Assembly (NCBI GenBank): GCA_035636095.1
Contig: DASPZU010000069.1
Coordinates: 9,199 to 73,198, forward strand
Direction of reading: 5' to 3'
DNA length: 64,000 nucleotides
Source of the DNA: Thermoanaerobaculia bacterium
Lineage (GTDB): Bacteria > Acidobacteriota > Thermoanaerobaculia > Gp7-AA8
Below are positions 1 through 9,768 of this stretch, piece after piece. Numbering within the stretch: the stretch's first letter is position 1; every line of letters begins with the position of its first letter. A program made the position numbers and the translations under genes. The notes beneath the pieces were generated by a model. The model was not told where the DNA came from, ran no database searches, and saw nothing but the letters and a program-made list of their open reading frames with translations.

Positions 1-643
1 ACGGTGTCCAGATCGACATCACTCCGGTGCTCGAGCAGCTCGAACAGTGAGGGATCGCCGATCACACCGCCTTTCAGCGTTTCATACAGTCCGCTCAATT
101 TTTCGCGGGGCGGGAGTGTGGCCAGAACGGCGGTGTCAGAGAGGACTGCCCGCGGGGGAAAAAAGCTGCCCATCAGGTTTTTCCCGAGCTCGTGATTGAC
201 CGCGACCTTTCCTCCGATCGAGCTGTCGACCTGCGCCAGAAGCGTCGTCGGAACATGCACCAGATCGATTCCGCGCAGAAAAATCGAAGCCGCGAAGCCG
301 GCGGTGTCTCCGATCATGCCTCCGCCCACGACCACCGCCATCGAATCGCGTCTGCCTCCGCGATCGAGAAGCTGGGTGACGATGGTATTGACGGTCGCGA
401 GCGTCTTGTTGGCCTCCCCTTCCTCGATTGTCACGATCTCCGCTGATGGCTCAAACGAGGTGGCGACGCCCACTCCGAACCTCGTCAGCCCGCGCGAGGT
501 GATCACGAAGACCTTGCCGCGCGGCTTGACCAGTTTGCCGACCGAGTCGAGCAGACCGGGTCCGACGTAAACCGGGTGGTTCTGTACCGTCAGAAAGGGA
601 AGAGGGATGAGGGATGAGGGCTGATCGATTTTTTCATCCCTCA
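1..643 (-). CDS. aroB: 3-dehydroquinate synthase, N-terminal portion (gene runs off window start)
   Basis: Own minus-strand translation of 1-600 gives ...GGGMIGDTAGFAASIFLRGIDLVHVPTTLLAQVDSSIGGKVAVNHELGKNLMGSFFPP, the AroB signature. No stop before position 1. Start ambiguous (ATG at 643 lies inside repeat element; alternative start near 615-630). Confidence 0.8.
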
Positions 644-665
644 TCCCTCTGCCCTCATCCCTTCA
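596..665. repeat. heptamer-palindrome element family A copy 1: (GGGATGA)x3 - centre GGGCTGATCGATTTTTT - (TCATCCC)x4
   Basis: Direct reading. Right arm ccctcatccctctgccctcatcccttcaa identical (29 nt) to copy at 2441-2469. Contains stop codon of aspS. Confidence 0.9.
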
Positions 666-2436
666 ATCGAATTCCCAGCTCATCCAACTGTTTCGGGCCG
701 ACGCGCGAGGGCGCCTCGCTCATGAGGTCCTGCGCGCGCGCCGTTTTCGGGAAGGCGATGACGTCGCGCAGCGACTCGCCGCGGGCCATGAGCATCACGA
801 TGCGGTCGAATCCGAGGGCGATGCCGCCGTGGGGAGGAGCGCCGTAGCGGAAGGCTTCCAGAAGAAAACCGAATCGCTCCTTCGCTTCCGCTTCGTCGAT
901 ACCGAGCGCACGAAACATTCGCGACTGGATCTCGGGACGGTTGATCCGAATGGATCCGCCACCCAGCTCCAGGCCGTTGAGCACGACGTCGTAGGCGCGT
1001 GCCAGCGTTCCGCCGGGATCGCTTTCGAGTTTGTCGATATCCGACACTTTCGGCGACGTGAATGGATGATGACGCGCGAAATAGCGCCGCGTCTCTTCGT
1101 CCCATTCCAAGAGTGGAAAATCGACGACCCACAGGAAGTTCCACGTCTCGGGCTTGATCATCTGCTGCTCTCGGGCAACGCGCGTGCGAAGGCTTCCAAG
1201 GACATCCCACACGACTGTGGTTTTGCCGGCCACGATCAGCGCGAGATCACCTTCGTTCGCGCGAAGGGCGTGCCGGAGCACGTCGAAAGAAGAGTCGGTC
1301 AGGAACTTTTTGATCGAGGAACCGCGCTGCGCGTCGTATTTGACCCAGATCAGGCCTCCCGCGCCCAGCTTCTTGGCCTCTTCGGTCAGATCATCGATCT
1401 TCTTGCGCGAGAACGTCGCGCCGCCGGGCACGACAATGGCGCGGACGCTCTGCGCCTCGCGGAAGGCCGGAACCTCGATCGATTGCGCAGCGCTGCTGAT
1501 GTCGATCAGCTCCATCCCGAATCGCGTGTCGGGACGGTCGCTGCCGAAACGATCCATGGCCTGCTGCCATGGCAATCGCGGAAAGGGTGTGCTGACGGGG
1601 ATGTTGGCCAACGGGAAAATATATGCGAAAAGTCCTTCTATTAATTGATACACAAATTCTTCGTCAATGAAGGAGCTCTCGATGTCGACCTGCGTGAACT
1701 CCGGCTGACGGTCGCGCCGGAGGTCCTCGTCGCGAAAGCAGCGCACGATCTGGTAGTAGCGCTCCATGCCCGAGACCATCAGCAACTGCTTGAAGATCTG
1801 CGGCGACTGCGGCAGCGCGTAGAACATCCCGTGATGGATGCGGCTGGGTACGAGGTAGTCGCGCGCACCTTCGGGGGTCGATCGCGTCAGCATCGGCGTC
1901 TCGATCTCGAGGAAGCCTTGCCGGTGCATGTAATCGCGAACGCCGAACGCCACCTTGTCGCGCAGGGCGATGTTGTGCGTCAGCGACGGGCGTCGCAAAT
2001 CCAGATAGCGATACTTCAGCCTGAGCTCCTCGGCCGCCTCCGTTTGGTCTTCGATCGGAAAGGGCGGAGTCTCGGAGGTATTCAGAATCTCGATGCTTCT
2101 TCCGAGGACCTCGACATCCCCGGTCGGCAGCTTCGGATTGCGCGACTCTTCGGCGCGCGCGATGACATCGCCGTCGATGCGCACGACAAATTCCGCGCGA
2201 ACCTGCTTGGCCGCCGACAGCAGCGTCTCGCCTGCTCCGCGCGCCTTGTCGATGACGACCTGACAGAGGCCGCTCCGGTCGCGAAGATCGATGAACAGCA
2301 GATCGCCGAAGTCGCGCTGTTTCTGCACCCAGCCGGCCAGAGAGACCGAGCGGCCAACGTGTTCGGTGCGGAGCGTCCCGGCAGGAATTCGATTCATAGG
2401 GCTGAGGGATGAGGGATGAGGGATGAGAGTCTCCAT
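655..2436 (-). CDS. aspS: aspartyl-tRNA synthetase
   Basis: Translation matches AspRS throughout (LRTEHVGR..LAGWVQKQRDFGDLLFIDLRDRSG; class II motifs). N-terminal 13 codons are encoded by the repeat element, so the true start may be the internal Met at 2397. Confidence 0.93.
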   Translation of the reverse strand: METLIPHPSSLSPMNRIPAGTLRTEHVGRSVSLAGWVQKQRDFGDLLFIDLRDRSGLCQVVIDKARGAGETLLSAAKQVRAEFVVRIDGDVIARAEESRNPKLPTGDVEVLGRSIEILNTSETPPFPIEDQTEAAEELRLKYRYLDLRRPSLTHNIALRDKVAFGVRDYMHRQGFLEIETPMLTRSTPEGARDYLVPSRIHHGMFYALPQSPQIFKQLLMVSGMERYYQIVRCFRDEDLRRDRQPEFTQVDIESSFIDEEFVYQLIEGLFAYIFPLANIPVSTPFPRLPWQQAMDRFGSDRPDTRFGMELIDISSAAQSIEVPAFREAQSVRAIVVPGGATFSRKKIDDLTEEAKKLGAGGLIWVKYDAQRGSSIKKFLTDSSFDVLRHALRANEGDLALIVAGKTTVVWDVLGSLRTRVAREQQMIKPETWNFLWVVDFPLLEWDEETRRYFARHHPFTSPKVSDIDKLESDPGGTLARAYDVVLNGLELGGGSIRINRPEIQSRMFRALGIDEAEAKERFGFLLEAFRYGAPPHGGIALGFDRIVMLMARGESLRDVIAFPKTARAQDLMSEAPSRVGPKQLDELGIRLKG

Positions 2437-2469
2437 TCAGCCCTCATCCCTCTGCCCTCATCCCTTCAA
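2400..2469. repeat. heptamer-palindrome element family A copy 2: (GGGATGA)x3-4 - centre - (TCATCCC)x4
   Basis: Direct reading. Fills the whole aspS / gamma-CA intergenic space. Contains gamma-CA stop codon. Confidence 0.9.
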
Positions 2470-2970
2470 ATACTTCTCCTTGTATCCGACGTAGTTCTTC
2501 CACGACTGCTCGAGATGCGCCAGCTCGTCGGTGGTGAGCTGGCGTTTGATGCGCGCCGGCACACCGACCACCAGCGTCCGCGCCGGCACCTGCATCCCCT
2601 CCGGAACGAGCGCGCCCGCGCCGACCAGCGCCAGCTCCCCCACCAGAGCGCCGTCCAGCACGCGCGATCCCATCCCGATCAGCGCCCGCCGCTCGATGGT
2701 GCAGCCGTGCACCACCGCCGCGTGTCCGATGGTCACTTCCTCCGCGATCCGAACCGGATGCGTGCCTTGCGTGACGTGCAGCGTGCAGTTGTCCTGAATG
2801 TTCGTTCGCGCGCCGATGCGGATCGAGTGCACGTCGGCGCGGACGACGGCGCTGTACCAGATCGAGCAGTCATCGCCCACCTCGACATCGCCGATCACAG
2901 CCGCGGTCTCGGCCACGAACACACGAGCGCCGAAACGCGGCTCTTTCCCCTCGTAGGCGCGGACGATCAT
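2458..2970 (-). CDS. gamma-class carbonic anhydrase family / hexapeptide-repeat protein
   Basis: MIVRAYEGKEPRFGARVFVAETAAVIGDVEVGDDCSIWYSAVVRAD..ARTNIQDNCTLH is a typical gamma-CA (YrdA/PaaY) left-handed beta-helix. ORF track extends to 3123 but the upstream part is low-complexity. Start taken at Met 52. Confidence 0.8.
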   Translation of the reverse strand: MIVRAYEGKEPRFGARVFVAETAAVIGDVEVGDDCSIWYSAVVRADVHSIRIGARTNIQDNCTLHVTQGTHPVRIAEEVTIGHAAVVHGCTIERRALIGMGSRVLDGALVGELALVGAGALVPEGMQVPARTLVVGVPARIKRQLTTDELAHLEQSWKNYVGYKEKYLKG

Positions 2971-3004
2971 GCCGGCGGAGATTAGCACGATTAGAATCGT
3001 GGCC

Positions 3005-3685
3005 ATGGCGCACAAGATGCCGTTTCGATATCGCTCGCACGAGGTGTCGCGACTGGAGGCATTCAGCGATGTGATCTTCGGGTTCGCGCTGTCGCTGATC
3101 GTCGTCTCGCTGGAGGTTCCCAAGACTTACGATGAGCTGATCGAGACCGTGCGCGGCGTTCTCCCCTTCGGATTCTGCTTCCTGATTTTTATCGGACTGT
3201 GGCTGGCGCACCATGAATTCTTCCGACGCTACGGACTGCAGGACAAGATCACCATGGCGTTGAACATCACGCTGCTCTTCCTGATCCTGTTCTACGTCTA
3301 TCCGCTGAAGTTCATGTTCGTGTTGATGGCCAAGGGGATCTACGGTCACCCGGTGGCCACCTCACTTGATCAGGCTCGGATCTTGTTCACGATCTACGGA
3401 GCGGGCTTCGCGGCGGTGAACGGGCTGCTGGCGGCGATGTATTGGCACGCGGAACGTCAGGCCGACAAGCTCGATCTCAACGCGGTCGAGCGGCTCGACA
3501 CGCGCGAGAGCATCTACGATTTCATCTGCACCGGCGCGTTCGGCGTTCTCTCGATCATCCTGGCGTATACCGCGATCCAATTCGCAGGTCGGGTTTACTT
3601 TCTTCTCGCGATTCCGAAAACCGCTGTGCCGTGGATCATGGGCGTGAGGAGAAGCAAACTCGAGGAAGCGTTGTCGCCCCTGTAA
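3005..3685 (+). CDS. TMEM175/DUF1211-family membrane protein (putative K+ channel)
   Basis: RLEAFSDVIFGFALSLIVVSLEV motif and a second RxxxFxD-like TM repeat. About 6 TM helices. Start uncertain (3005 or 3017). Confidence 0.6.
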   Translation: MAHKMPFRYRSHEVSRLEAFSDVIFGFALSLIVVSLEVPKTYDELIETVRGVLPFGFCFLIFIGLWLAHHEFFRRYGLQDKITMALNITLLFLILFYVYPLKFMFVLMAKGIYGHPVATSLDQARILFTIYGAGFAAVNGLLAAMYWHAERQADKLDLNAVERLDTRESIYDFICTGAFGVLSIILAYTAIQFAGRVYFLLAIPKTAVPWIMGVRRSKLEEALSPL

Positions 3686-3730
3686 CGCTTGCGCTTCTGT
3701 GGGAACTGACAAGCTGATGCGGGTCTGGCG

Positions 3731-4240
3731 ATGGCCGTCCTCCTCGCTGCAGCGCAATCTCCCCCTATCGATTACTCGGTCTCGTTCTGGCCAGCTCCGG
3801 GCGTCATCCCCGACAAGAGGATGGCGGGAGTCGAGCGTCAGTTCGCGGTGGTGATCAACCTCGCTGACGGCGCGGGGACGCACCCATACAAGCTGCTGCT
3901 GCGCGCATTCGCGCCCGACGGATCGCTAGCCTGCGAGACGACCACCACCGTCGCGCCGTGGCCGGGAAAATCGACGATGAAACGCGTGGCGTGGTTCGAA
4001 GCGGCCTACTCCGACAAGGCCGGGGACCGAAAAGTGCGCCCGGGAAAGTATCTCCTGCGGGCGTACCTCACCGAACAAATCGCCCAGGGCCAGCAGGCCG
4101 AGGACGCCAATCTGAGCAACAATCAATTTCCGTTGGAGCCGCCGCAGTACACGCCGGTCGAATTCGAGGTGCGTCCGGGCGCCGCCGAGATCCGTTGCGC
4201 GGTGCCGTCGTTCGCGCCCGCGCCTGAGCCGCCACACTAA
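3731..4240 (+). CDS. small secreted protein, CARDB-like (tentative), paralog of 13167-13640
   Basis: Shares PPxDYxVS..., ...YLL/FK... and D.D.N.SNN C-terminal motifs with the ORF at 13167. Confidence 0.5.
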   Translation: MAVLLAAAQSPPIDYSVSFWPAPGVIPDKRMAGVERQFAVVINLADGAGTHPYKLLLRAFAPDGSLACETTTTVAPWPGKSTMKRVAWFEAAYSDKAGDRKVRPGKYLLRAYLTEQIAQGQQAEDANLSNNQFPLEPPQYTPVEFEVRPGAAEIRCAVPSFAPAPEPPH

Positions 4241-4737
4241 GCCAGTTTCCCGGCGCGCTCGTAGGTCAGAAACGAGTAGGGATACTGATTCTTTTCGTCG
4301 GCCTCGCGATGCTCGGCGTCGACGAGGTCCCACTCCGTGACGTCGTCGAATTCGGGGAAGAACGCGTCGCCTTCGATCTCGGCGTGGACGCGCGTCAGAT
4401 ACATGCGATCGGCGCGATGCAACGACTGCTCGAAGATTTGTCCGCCGCCCGCGATGAATGGCTCGTCGTCGAGCCGCGCCAGATCGATGGCGCGCTCGAT
4501 GGACGGGGCGGTCAGGATGCCGTCGGGATGGAATTCGCGGTCGTGCGTGATCACCACGATGGTGCGGCCGGGAAGCGGATACTCCAGCGACTCGTAAGTC
4601 TTCCGTCCCATCAGCAGGTGATGTCCCATGGTCAGCGCTTTGAATCGCTTCAGATCATTCGATTGTCGAAAGGGCAGCCGATTTCCTCGGCCGATCACAT
4701 TGTTATCCGACAGGATCGCGATGATCGACAGCGTCAT
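4237..4737 (-). CDS. folA: dihydrofolate reductase
   Basis: [51 protein letters not shown]. 166 aa. ATGA overlap with thyA stop. ORF-track ORF 4237..5349 is an upstream over-extension. Confidence 0.92.
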   Translation of the reverse strand: MTLSIIAILSDNNVIGRGNRLPFRQSNDLKRFKALTMGHHLLMGRKTYESLEYPLPGRTIVVITHDREFHPDGILTAPSIERAIDLARLDDEPFIAGGGQIFEQSLHRADRMYLTRVHAEIEGDAFFPEFDDVTEWDLVDAEHREADEKNQYPYSFLTYERAGKLA

Positions 4738-5528
4738 ACGGCAATGGGAGCCTTGATGCTCGGATGGGGATCGTAATTCTCGAGCGTGAAGTCGCCGAAG
4801 CGGAAATCGAAGATCGACTTCACGTCCGGATTCAATGTCATCGACGGCAGCGGTCTCGGGTCGCGTGTCAGTTGCAGGTTCGCCTGCTCGAGATGGTTCA
4901 GATACAAATGCGCGTCGCCCAGCGACAGAATCAGTTCGCCCGGGCCAAGGTCGCACACCTGCGCGACCATCATGGTGAGAAGCGCGTACGAGGCGATGTT
5001 GAAGGGCAGGCCCAGGAAAACGTCGGCGCTGCGCTGGTACATCTGACACGACAGCCGACCATTGCCGACCCAGAACTGCATGAAGGCGTGGCAGGGCGCC
5101 AGCGCCATTTTGTCGATGTCGGCCACATTCCAGGCGCTCACCATCAGGCGTCGCGAGTCGGGATTGCGCCGGATCTGCTCGATCACCTGCGAAATCTGGT
5201 CGATATGTTGACCATTTGGGGCGCTCCACGATCGCCACTGGTAGCCGTACACCGGACCGAGCTCGCCGCTGGCGTCCGCCCATTCGTTCCAGATCGTGAC
5301 GTTGTTTTCCTGCAGCCAGCGCACGTTGGTCTCGCCGCGCAGAAACCACAGCAGCTCGTAGATGATCGACCGCAGATGCACTTTCTTGGTGGTCACCAGC
5401 GGGAATCCGGCGCTCAGATCGAATCGCAGTTGATAGCCGAAGGTGCTCAGTGTGCCGGTGCCGGTGCGATCCGATTTCTTGGTGCCGTGATCGAGGATGT
5501 GACGGACGAGTTGCAGGTATTGCTGCAT
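4734..5528 (-). CDS. thyA: thymidylate synthase
   Basis: [48 protein letters not shown] is canonical ThyA. Confidence 0.95.
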   Translation of the reverse strand: MQQYLQLVRHILDHGTKKSDRTGTGTLSTFGYQLRFDLSAGFPLVTTKKVHLRSIIYELLWFLRGETNVRWLQENNVTIWNEWADASGELGPVYGYQWRSWSAPNGQHIDQISQVIEQIRRNPDSRRLMVSAWNVADIDKMALAPCHAFMQFWVGNGRLSCQMYQRSADVFLGLPFNIASYALLTMMVAQVCDLGPGELILSLGDAHLYLNHLEQANLQLTRDPRPLPSMTLNPDVKSIFDFRFGDFTLENYDPHPSIKAPIAV

Positions 5529-5529
5529 G

Positions 5530-5553
5530 ATTAATTTTAGCGCGCAGAACCTA
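5530..5553 (+). promoter_or_regulatory. candidate sigma70-type promoter for lysA (perfect TATAAT at 5547-5552, weak -35 TTAATT)
   Basis: ttaattttagcgcgcagaacctataat with lysA ATG 15 nt downstream of the -10 implies a near-leaderless transcript. Confidence 0.35.
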
Positions 5554-5566
5554 TAATCCGCGCTCC

Positions 5567-6784
5567 ATGCTCAAAGTCGGTGAGCTCGCTGCCGAAGATC
5601 TCGCTGGCAAATACGGAACCCCACTCTACGCTTACGACGCCGCCATCATCCGACGACAGATCGCGCGGGTCAAAAAAGCTTTTGCTTCCCTCCCCTTCCG
5701 CCCGTTCTACGCCATGAAGGCCAACGGCGCACTGGCGATCCTCGACCTGATTCGTGACAATGGCTTCGGATGCGATTGCGTCTCTCCGGGCGAGATTTAC
5801 CTCGCGCGTCAGGCCGGCTTCACTCCCGACGAAATCTGGTTCACATGCTCGAATGTTTCCGACGAGGATCTTGGCGCGATCGGCGATCCGCGCATCGTCG
5901 TGAATGTCAACTCCGTCTCGGAGATCGACCGGGCCCTGACCCTCGACCTGCACAACCCGATCGCCTTGCGCGTGAACACCGATGTCGGTGCCGGGCATCA
6001 TGCCGACGTCGTCACGGCCGGCGGCGGCGTGAAATTCGGAATCGATCTCGCCCAGATCCGCGATGCCCGCATGATCGTGGAGGACTCCGGACGAAAAGTC
6101 GTCGGCCTGCACGCGCACATCGGATCGGGCATCGATGATCTCGCGCCGCTCATCGAGTCCGCACGCCGTCTGCTCGAGCTCTCTGGTGATTTTTCGAATC
6201 TCCGCTGGCTCAATTTCGGAGGCGGCATTTCGATTCCTTATCGTCCGGGCGATCCGGAGTTTCCGATCGACGACTACGGACGCGAGCTGACGCGAATTGC
6301 CGACCGCCTTCTGCGCGGGCGTGATCTGACTGCCATTCTCGAGCCCGGACGCTACGTCGTTGCGCAATCGGGCTACCTGCTTGCGCGCGTGACCGCCAAG
6401 CGAGTCAGCGGAGGATTGTGGTGGCTCGGCTGCGACACCGGATTCAATCATCTGGTCCGACCGTCGAAGTACGGCGCCTATCACCACATCGTGAACGCCT
6501 CCCGCAAGGCCAAGACGAAAGAGGAGTACGTTGTCGCCGGCAATCTGTGCGAGTCCGGCGATGTCTTTACGCGCGACGCCATGGGCAACGTGATTCCGCG
6601 CAAGCTCGATCACACCGAGGTCGGCGATCTGATCGCCTTTTGCGATGCCGGGGCGTACGGCTTCTCGATGGCCTCGCATTACAACGCGCGGCTGCTGCCG
6701 CCTGAGATCATGGTCGACGGCGCAGCGTCTCGACTCGTCCGTGAGCGGCAAACGCTCGAAGATCTCGTGAAAGGACAACGATGA
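5567..6784 (+). CDS. lysA: diaminopimelate decarboxylase
   Basis: PLP fold-III decarboxylase motifs ([29 protein letters not shown]). Confidence 0.9.
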   Translation: MLKVGELAAEDLAGKYGTPLYAYDAAIIRRQIARVKKAFASLPFRPFYAMKANGALAILDLIRDNGFGCDCVSPGEIYLARQAGFTPDEIWFTCSNVSDEDLGAIGDPRIVVNVNSVSEIDRALTLDLHNPIALRVNTDVGAGHHADVVTAGGGVKFGIDLAQIRDARMIVEDSGRKVVGLHAHIGSGIDDLAPLIESARRLLELSGDFSNLRWLNFGGGISIPYRPGDPEFPIDDYGRELTRIADRLLRGRDLTAILEPGRYVVAQSGYLLARVTAKRVSGGLWWLGCDTGFNHLVRPSKYGAYHHIVNASRKAKTKEEYVVAGNLCESGDVFTRDAMGNVIPRKLDHTEVGDLIAFCDAGAYGFSMASHYNARLLPPEIMVDGAASRLVRERQTLEDLVKGQR

Positions 6785-8406
6785 AGCGACTGGCGATCCT
6801 CGCGATTTTTCTCGCGGCGTGCGCGACGACGCAGCAGAGGAAGATGCTCGATCTCAAAATTACCAACGGCCGCATCCTCGACGGCACGGGAGCGCCCTGG
6901 TATCGCGGCGACATCGGCGTTCGCGGCGACGCCATCGTCGCGATCGGCGACCTTTCCTCGACCTCTGCCGCGACGACTCTCGACGCGCGCGAGAACATCG
7001 TTTCCCCCGGCTTCATCGACCTCCTCGGCCAATCGCAAATGTCGGTGCTGATGGATCCGCACCTGGAAGCGAAAGTGCGGCAGGGCGTGACGACCGAGGT
7101 CACCGGCGAGGGAACATCGCCCGGTCCGGCCATTGCGAATCGCGAAACGGGACAGGCGCCGCGTTTTCCGCGCTTCGCGGACTACCTCGAGGCGCTCGAG
7201 AAGAATGGCAGTGCCATCAACTTTGCGTTGTTCGTCGGCGCGTCGAATCCGCGCGAGATCGTGATCGGCAATATCAACCGCCCGCCCACTGCCGACGAAG
7301 TGCGCGAGATGGAGAAGATCATCGATCAGGCCATGCGGGAAGGCGCGATCGGCATCTCGACTTCGTTGATCTATCTGCCCGCCATGTTTTCGACGACCGA
7401 GGAAATCATCAACATGGCCAGGGTCGCTTCGAAGTACGGCGGCGTGTACTTCAGCCACATTCGCGACGAGGGAGAGAAGATCGACTCTGCGCTCGACGAG
7501 GCATTTCAAATCGGCCGCGAGACCCACATCCCCATCAATATCTGGCACATGAAAGTCAGCGGTCCCGCGAACTGGGGACGGATGCCGCACGTCATCGACC
7601 GCATCATCGCGGCGCGCGGCGAGGGGATCGACGTTGCCGCGAATGTCTATCCCTACATCGCATCGTCGACGTCACTCAGCACTCTGGCGCCCGACTGGGC
7701 GCTGGAAGGCGGCTACTCGGAATTCAAAAAACGTCTCGCCGATCCGGAACAACGCGCGAAGATCGCGGCGGCGTTGCGCGATGAGGTGGCGCGGCGACGC
7801 GAACGCGGGATCTACGTCGCGCGCATTCCCAATCCTGCGCTGGCGCAGTACGAGAAGAAATTCATCGAGCAGATCGCGAGCGAGATGGGCGTGACCACCG
7901 AAGAGGCGCTGATGCGGCTGTTCAGCGAAACGCCCATGTCGCCGAGCGTGATCTATTTCTCGATGAACGAGGATGACGTCCAGTACGCGCTGAAGCAGCC
8001 CTTCGTCTCGATCGGCTCCGATTCGGGGTCGCCCACGCCGCAGGCCCGCGCCACCCAGGCGGGAGTGCATCCTCGCGCCTACGGTACGTTTCCCCGCGTT
8101 CTCGGACGCTACGTGCGCGACGCAAAACTCTTCACGCTCGAAGAGGCTGTCCGCAAGATGACCTCACAAGCCGCCGATCGCGCACAGCTCAGCGACCGCG
8201 GCGTACTGCGTCCGGGCATGAAGGCGGATATCGTGGTCTTCGATCCCGAGAAAATTCGAGATGTCGCGACTTACGAGGACCCGCATCATTTCAGCGAAGG
8301 CGTGATCGACGTGATCGTGAATGGAGTGCCGGTGCTGCGGGACGGCGAAATGACTGCGGCGCTGCCGGGACGAGCATTGCGAGGACGAGGATGGGAGAAA
8401 AAATGA
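6781..8406 (+). CDS. N-acyl-D-amino-acid deacylase (D-aminoacylase) family amidohydrolase, lipoprotein
   Basis: Lipobox LAAC. DITNGRILDGTGAPWYRGDIGVRGDAIVAIGDL and SPGFIDLLGQS metal-dependent hydrolase motifs. ATGA overlap with lysA stop. Confidence 0.8.
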   Translation: MKRLAILAIFLAACATTQQRKMLDLKITNGRILDGTGAPWYRGDIGVRGDAIVAIGDLSSTSAATTLDARENIVSPGFIDLLGQSQMSVLMDPHLEAKVRQGVTTEVTGEGTSPGPAIANRETGQAPRFPRFADYLEALEKNGSAINFALFVGASNPREIVIGNINRPPTADEVREMEKIIDQAMREGAIGISTSLIYLPAMFSTTEEIINMARVASKYGGVYFSHIRDEGEKIDSALDEAFQIGRETHIPINIWHMKVSGPANWGRMPHVIDRIIAARGEGIDVAANVYPYIASSTSLSTLAPDWALEGGYSEFKKRLADPEQRAKIAAALRDEVARRRERGIYVARIPNPALAQYEKKFIEQIASEMGVTTEEALMRLFSETPMSPSVIYFSMNEDDVQYALKQPFVSIGSDSGSPTPQARATQAGVHPRAYGTFPRVLGRYVRDAKLFTLEEAVRKMTSQAADRAQLSDRGVLRPGMKADIVVFDPEKIRDVATYEDPHHFSEGVIDVIVNGVPVLRDGEMTAALPGRALRGRGWEKK

Positions 8407-8492
8407 ATTAAGAATTTCGAATTTCAAATGAAAAATTGAGAATGGGCTGATCTTTCATTTTTCATTCTTAATTTGAAATTTGAAATTTCATA
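8407..8492. repeat. heptamer-palindrome element family B copy 1 (AT-rich): (GAATTTC/AAATTTC)n - AAATGAAAAATTGAGA - centre GGGCTGATC - mirror
   Basis: Direct reading. Roughly 25% GC island in a 65% GC genome. Shares the GGGCTGATC centre with family A copy 1. Confidence 0.9.
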
Positions 8493-8498
8493 TTTCGC

Positions 8499-9767
8499 AT
8501 GGCAGATACGAAAAACGAGAAGCTCGTCCGCGCGGTCGGCCTTTGGGGCCTGGTGGCGATGTGCATCAACGCCGTCATCGGCAGCGGCGTGTTCCTTCTG
8601 CCGTCCGAGTCCTACAGACTCCTCGGTCCGTTTTCACTGTGGGCGCCGCTGATCTTCGCGCTTCCGGTTTTCATTCTGGCGCTGTGCTTTGCGGAAGCGG
8701 CCAGCCATTTCAGCGAGCCTGGCGGTGCGTACCTCTACGCACGGACAGCGTTCGGCGATTTCATCGGATTCGAGACTGGATGGATGAACTGGCTGGCGCG
8801 CGTCACCTCGCTGGCGTCGCTGTCGAACGGATTCGTGGTCTCGCTGGCGCGATTCTATCCACCGCTCGGCTCCGGCGTGCTGCGTTGGAGCCTCATCATC
8901 GGCTCGCTGCTCATCCTCGGAATCATCCACTTCGTCGGCGTCAAGTACGGTGCAGTTTCGATCTACGTCTTTACGTTCGGCAAGGTCGTGCCGCTGGTGG
9001 GATTCATCATCATCGCCTTGATTCTGTTTCGCCACAATCCGATTCCGGGGTCGCTGCATCTTCCGGGGCGGGGGACTGACTGGGGCGGCGCTGCCCTGTT
9101 CATGCTCTTCGCCTACGCTGGTTTCGAAAACCTCGGCGTTCCGGCGGGCGAGTACAAAGATCCGCGACGCGATCTTCCAAAAGCGCTGCTGATCGGACTG
9201 TTGATCATCGGCGTGATCTACGTTCTGGCGCAGCTCGGCGCCATGTCGGCGCTGACGAATCTCGGCGACAGCAAGACCCCGATCGCCGACGCAGCTGCGG
9301 CGCTGGTCGGCACGTGGGGCGCGGTCATTATCACGCTCGGCGCGGTGCTGTCGATGGCGGGAACGAATTCGGGCACCGTGCTCGAAGGCTCGCGCATGCT
9401 GTACGCGCTCTCGCTCGATCGCAAGTTGGGGCCGATCAGCTACGTGCATCCAAAGTTTCGGACGCCGTCCTACGCCATCGTCGTGCACGTCATCGTCGCG
9501 ACCGTCCTGGCGCTGATCAGCACCTTCGCAAACATGGCACTTTTTTCGGCCGGCGCGCGCCTGACGACGTATCTCTTCACCTGCGCCGCGCTTCCGCGTT
9601 TGCGGAAAATCAATCAAGGATTTCGAACGCCGGGGCTGTGGATGCCGATCCTCGGCACGCTGATCTCGATCGCCCTCGTGGTGAGCCTGGATAGGCAGAA
9701 GCTGATCGCCGGCGCGGTCGCTTTAGCCGTCGGCGCGGCGATCTGGCTCGGGACGCGCCGCAGTTAG
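8499..9767 (+). CDS. APC-family amino acid permease
   Basis: 12-TM permease with AVIGSGVFLLPSE signature. Confidence 0.85.
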   Translation: MADTKNEKLVRAVGLWGLVAMCINAVIGSGVFLLPSESYRLLGPFSLWAPLIFALPVFILALCFAEAASHFSEPGGAYLYARTAFGDFIGFETGWMNWLARVTSLASLSNGFVVSLARFYPPLGSGVLRWSLIIGSLLILGIIHFVGVKYGAVSIYVFTFGKVVPLVGFIIIALILFRHNPIPGSLHLPGRGTDWGGAALFMLFAYAGFENLGVPAGEYKDPRRDLPKALLIGLLIIGVIYVLAQLGAMSALTNLGDSKTPIADAAAALVGTWGAVIITLGAVLSMAGTNSGTVLEGSRMLYALSLDRKLGPISYVHPKFRTPSYAIVVHVIVATVLALISTFANMALFSAGARLTTYLFTCAALPRLRKINQGFRTPGLWMPILGTLISIALVVSLDRQKLIAGAVALAVGAAIWLGTRRS

Positions 9768-9768
9768 G

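Noticed and set aside
196-570. ORF-track ORFs 4-195, 192-446 and 196-570 on the plus strand
   Set aside because: Low-complexity translations antisense to a clear aroB reading frame on the minus strand.
680-2412. Multiple overlapping ORF-track ORFs (680-1210 minus, 829-1644 plus, 1154-1648 plus, 1645-2412 plus, 2082-2357 minus) inside aspS
   Set aside because: Arg/Ala-rich alternative-frame translations typical of a high-GC genome. aspS frame has full-length AspRS homology.
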